Below, piece by piece: positions 11,886 through 25,229 of a DNA stretch of 64,000 nt (position 1 is the stretch's first letter; the number at the start of each line of letters is the position of its first letter). The DNA comes from Eledone cirrhosa (lineage: Eukaryota): assembly GCA_964016885.1 (NCBI GenBank), contig OZ024743.1:245892001-245956000 (forward strand), given 5' to 3'. The notes under the pieces are model-generated. The model had not been told where the DNA came from, did no database searches, and worked only from the letters and a program-made list of their open reading frames with translations. The translations under genes and the position numbers were made by a program.

Positions 11886-13175
11886 TGTGTTATAGTTAGT
11901 AGCGCCACGTGTAAACCGTTTGGTAGAAGTATATGTTAGTCATATCGACAAACGAGTAACATGGTAATAACGTCAACAAGAAGAATGTTCGCGAGATGAA
12001 ATGTATGTTTATTTTTGTTGTAGCACAAAGTAATGTTTGTTAATTTGTATGGTTGAAGTTAAACATAAAAAGGTTACAAAAGGAATGTGCCATTGTGCCA
12101 GGCCCAAGGCAGGCCGGCAGGCCAAAGTGCAAATCTCACCGTTACATATTGTACGTGTCGGTCCTTCGGCGTTGAAGCAAGAGACCAAGTGGTCTTTACT
12201 ATCCCATGGTCAGGATGCGAGAGACTGATTTCTCTAATTCACGCGGGAATTTCTCCCTCAGGGCGCGTAGAGATACATTCTCTTCTGCTGGCGCTGATTG
12301 GCTGAGCTGAGCCAAATCACGCACAGAGAATGTATGTGAGCCCGCGGAATGTAGGTCACTACAATACCCCCTTACTAGTCGTAAGACGATACAGATTATT
12401 GAATCAGCAGGGGAAAATGCTGAAAGAGCACATCAATGAAAACAAAATTGAACAAAAGAATGCCTGCAAGAAGAAAATGAGGCGCTAAGGGCCGTGTTGA
12501 GCCGCTTGTCAAATGACTAGCTGTTTTACTATTGATATGTGACCACCAGGGGTCTAACAGAAAACGGATAAAGTCTGACATGGGCGATGTTGCTGTTCTT
12601 GCATTAAATGTTAATGGTAAGTGTTGTACAAGTAGTTGTGGATGAAGCTGTTATGGTAGTTTACCAGTAGGCGTAGATAAGGATGTGGTACTATCTACAA
12701 GTTTCTGGTTCCTGACATCTACCAAAAGTGAATAGTGCTGTAAGAAATCCGCTCCGAGAATAGGATGAGGTAGGTCAGCAATGACAAAAATCCATTTGAA
12801 ATCTCGACGCAAAGATATTTTTCCATAAGTTTTTATAGGAGACTGGTTTACTGCATACAAAGAAATGCCGGAAAGAGTTGGCTTGGTAGAGTTGAACCGT
12901 AAGGGCCAAATACTACAACTAGATCCTGTGTCCACCATGAATGATTTGTTTGAAACTCGGTCTCTGTTGAAGAAAGCACGATAAGGTGAATTGTTAAGGG
13001 AGAGGTCAGCTGTGTTCATACTCTCCAAACTTAGTTTTTTCGATGCCCCCAAAGAGCAGGGCTGAATACAATGTTTCGCCTTTTCACGAAAACGCACGTG
13101 ATACCAACATAAAGACGAGTTGTTGGCGGGGAGGTTGGGGAATGTATGTGAGCCCGCGGAATGTAGGTCACTACA
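11886..13175 (-). mobile_element. Internally deleted Gypsy LTR retrotransposon (5' LTR stub, gag end + protease, PPT, 3' LTR)
   Basis: TGTAGTGACC... start repeated at 13175 and 12363. Purine tract AAGGGGGTA precedes the 3' LTR. CWYHVRFREKAKHCIQPC gag knuckle; FMVDTGSSCS and PILGADFL aspartic protease. Confidence 0.85.
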
Positions 13176-13991
13176 TATATATATATATATATATTAAAGA
13201 GTTAAACAAGATTCAATGAGTATATCAAAGAATGAGTTTTACAGTAGATTGGAAGCACTCTACGAAAAATAATTTTCCAGAGTTATTAATACTGGCTCAT
13301 TAATATATATCTATATACATTTATTATTTAAATAAAAGTTTATTTATTATTTAAATAAAGTTATTTAAATATTTCTAACAATAAGTACTTCATAAGCTTT
13401 ACATACCGAAAATGTTGACATTTTTATAGATTATCTTCGTTAAAGTTTACATTTAGGAAAATATTCAACAGTGTAAATTTTCCTTTCGCTGGCCAGGTAA
13501 ATCCTTTAAATATTATCCTCATAAAATTCAGAAGTTTAGAAATGTTAACACACTTATAGAATTTATAAAACTAATAAATATAAATAACCAGCAACTTTTA
13601 AAGAAACCTAAAAGCTTGATTCTTCACCCTAAAATAACATAAATTAAATATTTTGAAACTTAACCGTTTAGCTTTCGGAAAAAATCTCTTTCTGCATATA
13701 TTACCCCCCTTTATCTTTCCCTCTCTCTAAATCCCCTTTCAGCGGCCCTCATTGACTGTTATAATTCATGAGATGTTTTCAAAGATAAACATAACTTGTA
13801 GTATCCTACATTTTAAAATCTCTATAGCTGTCACATTAACCAACGTTTTTCTTACTCACACATTCTCTATTGAATTTATTACGTTTTCGAATTTTCTCAT
13901 TATTAGGGTATAAATGTTGAATTTTCTCTTAGGTTAATCACTACCTTGATTAAATCTTAACCATTTAACATCTCAGGGTATGTCATGTATC

Positions 13992-14054
13992 ATTATATTT
14001 TGTCTGATGAGGACGTACTGTTGTACCTCCGAAATATGTATAATAAAATGTAAT
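13992..14054 (+). ncRNA. Hammerhead ribozyme
   Basis: attatattttgt-CTGATGA-ggacgtac-tgtt-gtacctcc-GAAA-tatgta-TA-ataaaatgtaat. Confidence 0.85.
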
Positions 14055-14089
14055 TGATCAAAAGAACATCTATTTTATTAATATTTGTA

Positions 14090-14162
<73 letters not shown>

Positions 14163-14182
14163 GTGTGTGCGTGTGTGTGTGC

Positions 14183-14285
<103 letters not shown>

Positions 14286-14356
14286 ATTCAAGGAAAAAGA
14301 GTGACATGGTTCGCTATACAATAAGGGCTTTATTCACATTGCTGACAATTGTTTCT

Positions 14357-14388
<32 letters not shown>

Positions 14389-14804
14389 CATATATGCGTG
14401 TGTGTGTCTGTATATGTATGTGTATGTGTGTATATATGTGTATATATATATATATTTTTTTTATATAATATATATGTATGCGTGCGTGTGTATATATATA
14501 TTTATGTGTGTGGTTATCTGCGTGTGTTCATTTGTATTATTGCATGCTCCAATATGTTTATACTTTCACAGGACACATATATCTATATGTAGTTTTGCGT
14601 ATATGATCGTATTCATGTATAAGTCTATCTGTATGTGTTCGTATCATTTCGTCCGACCGCTTAACTATATTTTTATTTTATTTTATTTTATTTTATTTTA
14701 TTTTATTTTATATTTTTTTCCCTTGTATTTGTGTATGTATATGTCTGTTGGAATTCCAACAAATTAAATACAACATCTACATATATATATATATATATAT
14801 ATAT

Positions 14805-15530
14805 GGCGTCGCAAAAGTGAAACTAACTTTTGACAGTTACGTACGTCATTACTTTTAATTTGGATTGTGAATTTGTTTGTTTTTATACACTGTTTCAAAA
14901 CGATTAAGAATAGCATTGGTATCCAAAATATCTTCAACTAAGGTAACGCGACCATACACTCGTCCAGCCATATTTGATGTGACACTGTATTACAATCCAG
15001 CCCTTCGGTGCTTCGTTTAAAAAAAAAAAAATATTTTCCCAGCCCTTCTGACGCCAATCTGCCTTTCTGACCCCAAGCTGCCCCTCTGACCCAAATCCCT
15101 TATCATTCTCTGTCCTTCTTATGACCCTACCTTAATTTCTTTGGCGACAGAGAGTTGGTGCCAACAAGTTTGGCGAGATGATCAACTGTATTTCAGCTAT
15201 TTATAGGGTGTAATAAGGATTTTCAATATTTATTTATTTCAACACACAATGTCATTATTTAAATAAGGATTTTCAATATTTATTTATTTCAACACACAAT
15301 GTCATTATTTTTTTTTTAAATTTCCGTACACACAATACACAAAAAAAGAATTTAAAAAAATTATCACGTACACGCAATACTAATAACACCATCAACAAAA
15401 TTCACTTTCACTATTGAGACCTGTTGTAAAAAAACAAACAAATTCATAATCCAAATTGAAAATAATGACGTACGTAACTGTCGTCAAAAATTAGTTTCCC
15501 TTTTGCGACCGGCCGTTTTGACGTATGCCT
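14805..15530. mobile_element. MITE with ~85-bp terminal inverted repeats, inserted in (TA)n
   Basis: gtcgcaaaagtgaaactaac...gttacgtacgtcatta...tttggattgtgaatttgtttg is mirrored at ~15422-15510. Internal direct duplication at 15213-15310. Confidence 0.7.
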
Positions 15531-15681
15531 ATATATATATATATATGTAGAAGTTGTATTTAATTTGTTGGAATTCCGACAAACATAAATGTTTATAACT
15601 GATTTAGAGCACTCAACAAATTACTGGAGTAAATATTCCAAGATATTAAATAAATTGAAACTATATTTATAAAACCATATT

Positions 15682-15746
15682 TATTTTATTATATATATTT
15701 CAAGGGCGACCAAGCAAACTTTGGTGCGCTTTCATCAGATAAAATA
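15682..15746 (-). ncRNA. Hammerhead ribozyme
   Basis: tattttat-CTGATGA-aagcgcaccaa...ttggtcgccctt-GAAA-tatata-TA-ataaaata. Confidence 0.8.
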
Positions 15747-15818
15747 CAAAGTTTGTTTTATAAATAAGGACGTACCCATGAAAATCAAACCTTAACTTTG
15801 TTTATGAAACAAACTTTG

Positions 15819-15883
15819 TATTTTATCTGATAAAGGCGCACCAAAGTTAGCTTGCTTGCCCTTGAAATATATATAATAAAATA
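15819..15883 (+). ncRNA. Hammerhead ribozyme, core-mutant inverted partner (CTGATAA)
   Basis: Inverted copy of 15682-15746 with G8>A in the core. Confidence 0.6.
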
Positions 15884-15925
15884 AATATGGTTTTATAAAT
15901 ATAGTTTCCATTTATTTAATATCTT

Positions 15926-15997
<72 letters not shown>

Positions 15998-16081
15998 TGC
16001 ATATTTATTATATTTATTTACGTTTTTACTTTTATTTTCGCAGCCTTAACGTTCATACACACGTGTGTGTGTATGTGTATT

Positions 16082-16170
<89 letters not shown>

Positions 16171-16662
16171 AACCCTTCTGTTGAGAACTCTATTCGATTT
16201 GTGATGTTTTTGCATTCTTGCAAAAAATATACACAACTGAATCCATTCACCTGATATAGAGGTTGCCTCTCTTGCCGATCCCCACGTGGGGTCAGCAATA
16301 GTCAGTCCTTGTATTAACATTGAACTAAAACCTGTTGAGAAAGTGGCTTCCTTGTTCAATCATCTTACCAGAAGCCTGACATTATTTATGTAAGCGGACG
16401 GTACTTGATTTAGGAGCCGCAGAAACCCATATACTGGATTTTACCAACCTTCCAGGAGTCCGGGTAAATTTTCAATACCCGAATTACTTGATCGTTTTTT
16501 TTGGCTATGCGAATGATTGTTTAACCATCGTCTCAGTATGTTTGGCCTTTAACGTTTGTTATAGCTCTGGTTCGTCTGAATCATTGAGCACTTGCCGCAC
16601 ATCTCGGAGGTTGTTTTTCGTTATTTCGTGGGCCGAAATGCGATTCTCGATAATTTATGTTT

Positions 16663-16719
<57 letters not shown>

Positions 16720-16720
<1 letters not shown>

Positions 16721-17112
16721 CAAAGGTTATATTTAATTTGTTGGAATTCAAGAAACTTAAAAGTTTTACAACTGATATAAAGCACTCAACAAATTGGTGG
16801 AGTAAATATTCAATATATTAATAAATGGAAACTATATTTATAAAACCATAATTATTTTATTATATATATTTCAAGAGCAACCAAGGCAAATTTTGGTGCG
16901 CTTTCATCAGATAAAATACAAAATTTGTTTTATAAATGTTGACATACCCGCCGAAGAACAACCTTGACGGTTGGAGGTTCGCTGGATAGTGGAAACATGT
17001 AATTGAGGGTGATTCAAAGTTATGTGTGAGTATGCAAATAAATGTCCGAAAAAAGTGAAAAAAAACAACGGTTTATTTAAATTTTACTGTTGGACGAAGA
17101 GAGAGAGAGTGG

Positions 17113-17201
<89 letters not shown>

Positions 17202-19440
17202 AGAGAAGAGAAAGAAGAAAAAGAGAAAGAAGAAAAAGAGAAAGAAAAAGAGAGAAGAAAGAGAGAGGAAGAAACAAGAGAAGGAGAAAGAAAAGAAACC
17301 ATATGCATAGTAATGATGAAAAAAGTTAAAGAGGAAACGAGTGAAGAAATAAGCTTATCAAGGGATGAATCCATATCTCGTAAATACATTTTTTTTTTTT
17401 GTTATGTTTATATTAAAAAATATGATAAGATAAAAATGCTAAATTAATGATAATGATAAATTAAAAATAGTGTTAAATTCCAAAAATAAGGATATATCAC
17501 ATTAAAGATGCATTTAAAATTATATGTCATGTTATTGATGATAAATTATTTAACTGTATAATGTTTTAGATTGGAAAAAACATTGAAAATCAAGATTTGT
17601 TTATTTATTAGTTATTATGAGATGGGTTTGACAAAAATATATTTAGCCAGAATTTATTACCAGTTGTAAGTCAAATCTTACGCACTTAGGAAAAATTACC
17701 AAGGTTTCGAAAAATTACTTAATTAAAAGTATATACTAAAACCATTTAGAAATTCTGACCATAAAAATTAAGATTATAAAACCTTTAAAGAAGTGTTAAG
17801 AGATTTTTTAGAAAATTTTTAGAAATCCCAGAAAACTCCTAATATGCGCAAATCATTTATAATGTTTACAACCTCTTTATATAATCAGAACCTAAATTAT
17901 TCGAAATATAAAGAAGTATTCAGAATTATTTGGAAGTAGTTAAATATTAAAAATATTAAAAATATTTTAAATATTTAAAAGTGTTTAGAGTATTGGAAAG
18001 TAAAAGTTTCAAAAAATATTAATTTCGAAAATATTAAAATATTAGTTAGCCTAAAGGAATAATTTTATCATTTTCAATAACACTCTTAAAAAACATTCAA
18101 AACATTTTCAAAACCATTTCCAAAACCATTTTTAAAAAACATCTTAAGATACCATTTAAAAAAAACATCTTAAGATACCATTTTAAAATTTTCAAGTATT
18201 CAATCCAGAAGGATTATTAGATATTTTTGGAAGTAAAGGTAAGGTAAAGGTAAATATATGAAAAAATATTAGAAATTTAAGAAGTGTATTATATATTTAA
18301 GAAGTAATTAAAATTTCAATTAAATTTCTGAACATATATGTATATATTTTAAGAAATGAGATTATAGGTGTTTGGATAGAGTAAGCATTATGTAAGGAAG
18401 ATTAAACGTGTAATTACATTTTATATATATATCTAAAAGTTGAATTTAATCGATGTTCACAAGAACTAAATAAATTATTACGCAAATTAATGGAGTTCTT
18501 ACATTTAAGTATAAAGAATATTTCTTCAACGCATAGGTTGCAAAATTTGGATAAAGAGGTGTTTATATAGGCATGTGCATTCGAAACAATATTCAAAGAT
18601 AAAGAATAGTTTATATTCTTGGATTTTAAGTTCCATAATAAGTTGGATAGAGAAGTTGAAGATTTTTTTACCATTATTCCTAAACGAACATTTATGGTTA
18701 TTGAAACGAAATTTGAAGTCAGTAGAAGTAGAGCCAACATAGTTGAAAGAATTATCGTTGGTTTTAACATTACATTTGTAGACCACATTTTTAACTAAAC
18801 AGTTCTTATTTAATGGACAGTTAGATTTAATTCTAAAATTACATTTATCATTGGGATCAGTATTGCTAGAGGTATTAATGCTATTCTGGTTGAGATTTCT
18901 ATTATTAATTCTATTTATATTTTGTGCTAAATTCATAGTAGTAGAATATGATAGTTTAATTGTATGTCTGTTAAAGATTGAATAATATCTATGCGTCTTG
19001 GGAAAACATTTATCAAGAGCTTTAAAAAATAGTTTAGCTAAAGGTGTTTTAATACTTAGTGAGAAAGGAGGAGCGAACCATATTATGTTTCTAGTTCTAT
19101 TTCTTCTTTTAGTTTTAGAGTTAGGTTTCTTATTATAATTATAATTATAATTATGGTTAAATGGCTTATCATTATTGTCGATGTATTTAATTTGATTATT
19201 ATAGCCTGCTCTACTTAAAGCTTCGTTATTATATTGTGCTTTGTCTTCAAATATATTTTTATTCGCTGAGATTCTAGAAATACGTTGCTGTACGGAATTT
19301 ACGATGGTGTTCTTAACGGATCTAGGGTGATTAGAGTTAAAGTTAACATAATTTAAATTCTCATTGATTTTATGAAATGGGTAGTATAGGCCAGTATTAA
19401 GGTTTAATGTTACATCTTAAAAATTAACTTTTTTATAATT
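16720..19440 (-). mobile_element. 5'-truncated Penelope-like element (RT thumb, linker, GIY-YIG, long 3' region, pLTR)
   Basis: YYPFHKINENLNYVNFNSNHP, IIWFAPPFS, CNFRIKSNCPLNKNCLVKNVVYKC..YVGSTSTDFKFRFNNHKCSF, CNLCVEE. Frameshifted. Confidence 0.88.
16853..16918 (-). ncRNA. Hammerhead ribozyme (PLE pLTR)
   Basis: tattttat-CTGATGA-aagcgcaccaa...ttggttgctctt-GAAA-tatata-TA-ataaaata. Same family as 15682-15746. Confidence 0.82.
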
Positions 19441-19489
19441 ATTTTATAATTATATGTATATATATATGTTTGTGTATGTAAGTATATAT

Positions 19490-20103
19490 GTCACCAGTCA
19501 GGTCACCAGTTGGTGCTACTGGTAACATGTATTCCAGTACAACCTGTCCCATGGTCGGGTCGTTGGCGACTAAACTGGCAACCCCACCAAGGTTTCTTGG
19601 TGAGGAGGGTGACTTTGGACATCCTGCAGGACTAAAAACAAAACCTGTCAAAGGGCAAAGGAGCTCTTAAGAGTCAATGGCCATCCAAAATCACCGGGAG
19701 AGATGACCCCTTAGCCTTTGTCAAGGCAGAATTCTAGGAGAAGGAAAACTCTGATATAACACCTGCAACCTTGTTGGTATCCAATGATGTTAACTTGTTT
19801 TTCTTTTTGGTAAATATCATCTTGGTTAAGAGAGTGGGACTGGCTTTGTGCAGTGCCTTTGCTCACTATAAAAGCTTCACGGCACAGGCATTGCTTTATA
19901 TCTGGAGATCTATCTGCACTTGTCGTCACATGGTACCATGGGCCCAGCACTATGTGTCAATAATTGTCACAAGTGTAGTGTTTGAACCAGAGTTTTCAAG
20001 TCGCTGACTGGACTAAAAAGTCACACTCGTCAGCGCATCGGTAGGGGTTCTCCTACATGGATATAAAGTAGTGGCCGTACTCGAAAACGAGTTGGCAGCC
20101 ACC
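19490..20103 (+). mobile_element. Probable non-autonomous RTE derivative (5' UTR-like part joined to C-terminal zinc-finger remnant and 3' stem-loop)
   Basis: ctaggagaaggaaaactctga resembles RTE 5' UTRs. ~19950-20035 gives a C..C..RVFKSLTGLKSH remnant. 3' hairpin ctcg-aaaa-cgag. Confidence 0.5.
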
Positions 20104-20141
<38 letters not shown>

Positions 20142-20240
20142 TTGCGTATGTATATATTTGCAGACTAGTGTGTATATACACTTGTGTCTATGCCATGTAT
20201 ATATATATATGTATATATACATGTATATATATATATAGAT

Positions 20241-20646
20241 ATAATCTGAGTTTTTCGAATATTAATAATAACATTCGCTTTGTTTGTAATTATGCAAACA
20301 AGCCTCAATTTTATAGCCATGTCAGTAGAACGAACATTTCATTCTTGCTCTTATGTTGGCATGCGAACAGAACTGCAGACACCAATGTTTCTGGGTATCA
20401 CCCTTCATCAGTACAGCTCACTGTTCACCTGCCAAACTCTCAAAGCTAGTGAAAATATATGCTTTTTTCAAAAATACACACTGACTGATCGGCCTGATCA
20501 GTCAGATCTGCATATTAGCAGATCCACTGATCAGCTAGATTTGCATATCAGCAGATTGGCCAGTCAGTTTCCTATATACAAGCGATAAATGGCCGGCTTT
20601 GCCAAATTCAAATATGCAAATCTGGCTGATCAGTGGATCTGCTAAT
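20241..20646 (-). mobile_element. Second copy of the HHR-bearing non-coding repeat at 10975-11478
   Basis: Clear reverse-complement similarity to 11115-11478. Confidence 0.8.
20370..20419 (-). ncRNA. Hammerhead ribozyme
   Basis: gagctgta-CTGATGA-agggtgataccca-GAAA-cattggtg-TC-tgcagttc. Confidence 0.78.
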
Positions 20647-20957
20647 ATATATATTTTACTTTTATCTGAATGTATGCATGTGTGTGTATATGTATGCACA
20701 CATATGTCTTTTTCTATATTGCTATATATTTTTATATATTATTTTTCTTATGCTAATATATGTGTGTTTGTGCGTGTGTGTGTGTGATTATAGTGGAGTA
20801 ATTTATTATTATCTTTTGAAAGGTGAGTGAAGCTCTTTGCATAGTACAATCCTCAGTGCATCAAGAGTTTAAAACGGACGACAAAGTTATTGACAATTAA
20901 AAATCTTGTTGTTAAATCTTGTTCAACTAACAGAGATAGTCAATATCACAAAAAACA

Positions 20958-21811
20958 CAAAGTTAACAACTTACATTCGTTGCTTTATTTCTACGTCCGT
21001 TTCAATACGGTTTCAATGGTACACGCATATGTAAACAACTGGAAATAATTATCATTTATCAACACCATACATAATATTTCTACGTCCATTTCAATATGGT
21101 TACAATGGTACATGCATATGTAAATAACTGGAAATAATTAATTATCATTTATCAACACCATACATAATATCTATAACTCACATATCTTCAGGAAACTACA
21201 CTGAAACGGACACAGAAATAAGTGAACGAATTGCAAGTTGCTAACTATGCTCTCTTGCCACATTGCATAAGTAAATGCATGTGTAAACAACTGGAGATGG
21301 TTAGTTATCAATTATCAACACCAAGCATGGTGCCTGTAACTTGCATATCTTTAAGAAAATGTGGGAGGGAGTGGGATTTGCCAATTTCAAATGGTTTCAT
21401 GAGTGAACATCATATCAAACCACTGAGCATGGAGCGATCAGTTGGCTTCAAAGAAGCATATTTTGACCGTACAAAATTAAAGGTTGATGTGCAGTTCTTG
21501 TGTCGCTGCTGTTTACAATGTTATTGGTTGTTTTTCTTGTACAGTTGGTGTAGTACTTGTGGTGTGACTGGCAGGAGTGGAAGTTGTCTAATAAGCAATA
21601 GTAAGTTTTGATATGATGTTTATTCTTGAAACCATTTGAAATTGGTAAACTTTGTTGTTTCTCACACTTTCCTAAAGATATGCGAGTAATAGATATTATG
21701 TATGGTATTGATAAATGATAATTATTTCCAGTTGTTTACATATGCATGTACCATTGTAACCGTGTTGAAACGGGCGTAGAAATAAAAGAATAAATGTAAG
21801 TTGTTAACTTT
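20958..21811. mobile_element. Foldback/MITE with ~200-bp imperfect inverted arms and tandem subrepeats in the left arm
   Basis: aaagttaacaacttacatt...caaccatacataatat is mirrored at 21690-21811; 21342-21420 is mirrored at 21605-21685. Confidence 0.7.
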
Positions 21812-21964
21812 ATACCAAAATTCAACAATATCAAAACAAACAAATGCTAGAATCAGCAGTTAGCTTTTTTTCTCTCCAAGTTAGGAAAGATTGCATTAAT
21901 ACATACATATACACGTGTGTGTATGTTTGTATATGTGTGACTTTATATATTTGTATGAGTACAT

Positions 21965-22051
<87 letters not shown>

Positions 22052-22112
22052 AATTATTAAACAAATAATGAATAAACAAAGAAACAGTTCCTTATATTAA
22101 ACAAAAAAAGTT

Positions 22113-22251
22113 CATTATTTTACGATCGTTTCTAGAACATATATGTGTTAGAATTGGTATGCATATTCAAAAGATCTATGTACAAAATTATACAAACTAT
22201 CAGAGAGAATATACATACCTTCACATATATATGCTGTCTTCAGAAATAATG
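22113..22251 (-). ncRNA. Hammerhead ribozyme with ~105-nt stem II
   Basis: cattattt-CTGAAGA-c-agcatatat..ggtatgtatattc...gaatatgcatacc..atatatgtt-cta-GAAA-cgatcg-TA-aaataatg. Confidence 0.78.
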
Positions 22252-22510
22252 ATGCTTGTTTATTGATAATAACAACAATTCAAAATAATAGGTCTGTTTG
22301 GCAACAGATTTTAAATAGACCAATGAAATAAGGATTGAGATACATAAAAATTTATCAAGAAAATACAGTTAGGTGTGTGTATATATGTATGTAAATACGC
22401 TCACAGATGTGCATAAAAGTGTATGCTCATATGTATACGTATGTTGAAAAAGTGTATGTAAATATAAAAATTTTGGGCTAATGTATCTGTATGTCTATAA
22501 TCTACAGACA

Positions 22511-22614
<104 letters not shown>

Positions 22615-23263
22615 TATTATTATAAATATATGGATATTGAGGCGCTCACATAAACACGCCCACACACACTTACATTTAGATGCGGAAGTAAAAGAGGTAA
22701 GGGAGTAAAGTAATTAAAGGAAAGTGTCAATCTCGACATACTTATAAAAATGTATCAATAAAATTAGAAATAAAAAAAATTTTTTATAGAAGGAAAAAAC
22801 TCAAAAAAAGGAAACAAAAAGGGGGGGGGGAGTTGGTACGTACATACACAGACACGCATGTCTCACAAAAGAAATATAAAAGAAACATAAAAGAGAGACA
22901 TAAAATATACATGCTTATATACATACGCACATTTACACATCCATACACATACTTAACCTCACGCATATTGACCTGTTTGTATGCACACACATAAAAATAA
23001 GTAAAACATATACCCATACATATAAATATACACCCATATATATATATATACATACATATATATATATATATACGCATACATATATATATATACACACACA
23101 TACCCATGTATATATACACAACCACACACACACACACACTCAGACATACATATATATAGAGACATACACATACATATATATACACACAGTTAGACACATA
23201 TACACATATATACACATACATACACACATCTCTACACATACATATACATACACATACATACAT

Positions 23264-23322
<59 letters not shown>

Positions 23323-24113
23323 CACATACATATACATGCGCACATATGTATTTTTATACTCACATACAAACACAAACATACATACACACTTACATACACA
23401 TACACACATCCACGCTTACAAATACAAATAATTATTGGGGGGAGGGGGGAAGGGGGATTAAAATTATTAGTTGGAAATAGTAAATATATAGGTTTCAAGG
23501 AACATATTATAGGTTAACTAAATTAAAAATTATATATTAATTTCTATAGTATATGTTAATTAGGTTTATAATAATTAAAGCAAAATTTTGTATTTTATCT
23601 ATAGTAGAATTTTAATTATAGGTTAACTAAATTAAAATTAATCTATATATTAATTTGTAAAGTGTATATTAATTAGGTATATATTTAAAAGTTTTTCTCA
23701 GTTTATGATTACACGATATTCTGCATTTCATCTGTATTAGAATTTTAATTATAAGCTAACTAAATTAAAATTATAGGTTAACTAAATTAAAATTAATTTA
23801 TATATTAATTTCTAAATTGTATATTAATTAGGTTTATAATATTAAAAAGTATTTCTCCGTTTTTAATTACACGATATTTTGTTGTATTTCATCTGTAAAA
23901 GAATTTTAATAATAGGTTAAATAAACTAAAATTAATCTATATATTAATTTCCAAAGTATATATTAATTAGGTTAATAATATTTAAATGTTTTTCACAGTT
24001 TATGATTATATGATATTTTTTAATTTCATCTGTAGTAGAATTTTAATTAAATTAAAATTATAGGTTAACTACATTAAAATTAATTTATATATTAATTTCT
24101 AAAATATATATTA

Positions 24114-25163
24114 TTAATTAGGTTTATAATATTTAAATGTTTTTCTCAGTTTATGATTACACGATATTATTAATTCCTGTCGCTTATTTAATAGGATATC
24201 CTTAGATTTCATTATTTCAAATAGTTCTTGGGAACACAATCTACATTCATTTCTATTATTTTGATAAGGGGTGGCTCTTTTGAGCACACTCCAGGTCATA
24301 TCATATTCTATATTCTTATTTCTATAACTATTAATTTTTTCTGCTAGAGATGTTGTATTAGCCAGTGCGGCATTTTTAAAACTATGTTTGTGGGTATTAA
24401 ACCTTACCTTAAAATTGTTAGAAGTAGCTCCTATATATGAGCAAATAGAATCCTTAGTTTTAACTTTACATTTATATACTATGTTGTTAACAAGACAATT
24501 TCCTTTTAATGGGCAGTTTGCCTTGTTTCTACAGTTACAACCTTTCGTTAATTCTGTATTTGAGGAGATATTATGGCTAGTTTGATGTACTGGTGGTATA
24601 CTTATGGTTTTTTTACATTTATATGCATTATAGGCACTTATATTTTGTTTTATGTTTTTGGTTGTTGAGTATGAGAATTTAACTGTTGATCTATTTAAGA
24701 TTTGATGGTATTTGTGGTTTGGCGGGAAGTTTTTCTCTAGGATATTAACATTTTTTTTAGGTATATTATCCTTAATTTGTAAATTAAATGGAGCATTATA
24801 CCAAGTAACTCGTCTATTACGGTTTCTATGTTGTTTATTGTTTTTATAGGATGCATCCTGATGTTTACTAGGAGGATTATTGTTAATGACCTCTCCACGC
24901 ACATTTTTAGTTAGATTTATTGATTTAGGTGTTTTACCTTGTTTATTAGGAGTTCTATTATTAACATTTATTAGAGTTGTATGATGAGTAGTTTTTTGAG
25001 AGTTACTATACTTTATATTAGAGGAGTTAGAGAAATTTGGTTTTATGTTGGTATTTTGGGGTATAGTGTGAGTGGCATTTAGGTGTGTACTTTTCATTTG
25101 GTGTTTGTTGGTAATATTAGGTTGTATGTTTATAGTATTATTGGTAGAAGGTATATATTCCAA
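24114..25163 (-). CDS. Penelope linker + GIY-YIG endonuclease (5'-truncated), left arm
   Basis: RRVTWYNAPF, TVKFSYSTTKNIKQ, CNCRNKANCPLKGNCLVNNIVYKC..YIGATSNNFKVRFNTHKHSF, CRLCSQE, LLNKRQELIISCNH. Confidence 0.9.
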   Translation of the reverse strand: MEYIPSTNNTINIQPNITNKHQMKSTHLNATHTIPQNTNIKPNFSNSSNIKYSNSQKTTHHTTLINVNNRTPNKQGKTPKSINLTKNVRGEVINNNPPSKHQDASYKNNKQHRNRNRRVTWYNAPFNLQIKDNIPKKNVNILEKNFPPNHKYHQILNRSTVKFSYSTTKNIKQNISAYNAYKCKKTISIPPVHQTSHNISSNTELTKGCNCRNKANCPLKGNCLVNNIVYKCKVKTKDSICSYIGATSNNFKVRFNTHKHSFKNAALANTTSLAEKINSYRNKNIEYDMTWSVLKRATPYQNNRNECRLCSQELFEIMKSKDILLNKRQELIISCNHKLRKTFKYYKPN

Positions 25164-25229
25164 TCTATTTTTGTGGCCACTTCTAGCTAGAGCTTCGTTA
25201 TAGAAGGTCGCATTTTTATCAAATACATC

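Noticed and set aside
16195-16660. Non-repetitive-looking segment with donor-like sites on the minus strand
   Set aside because: Stops in the extended frames and no recognisable protein; likely decayed TE.
20825-20865. Minus-strand CTGAGGA plus short hairpin
   Set aside because: No GAAA, stem III or stem I closure.
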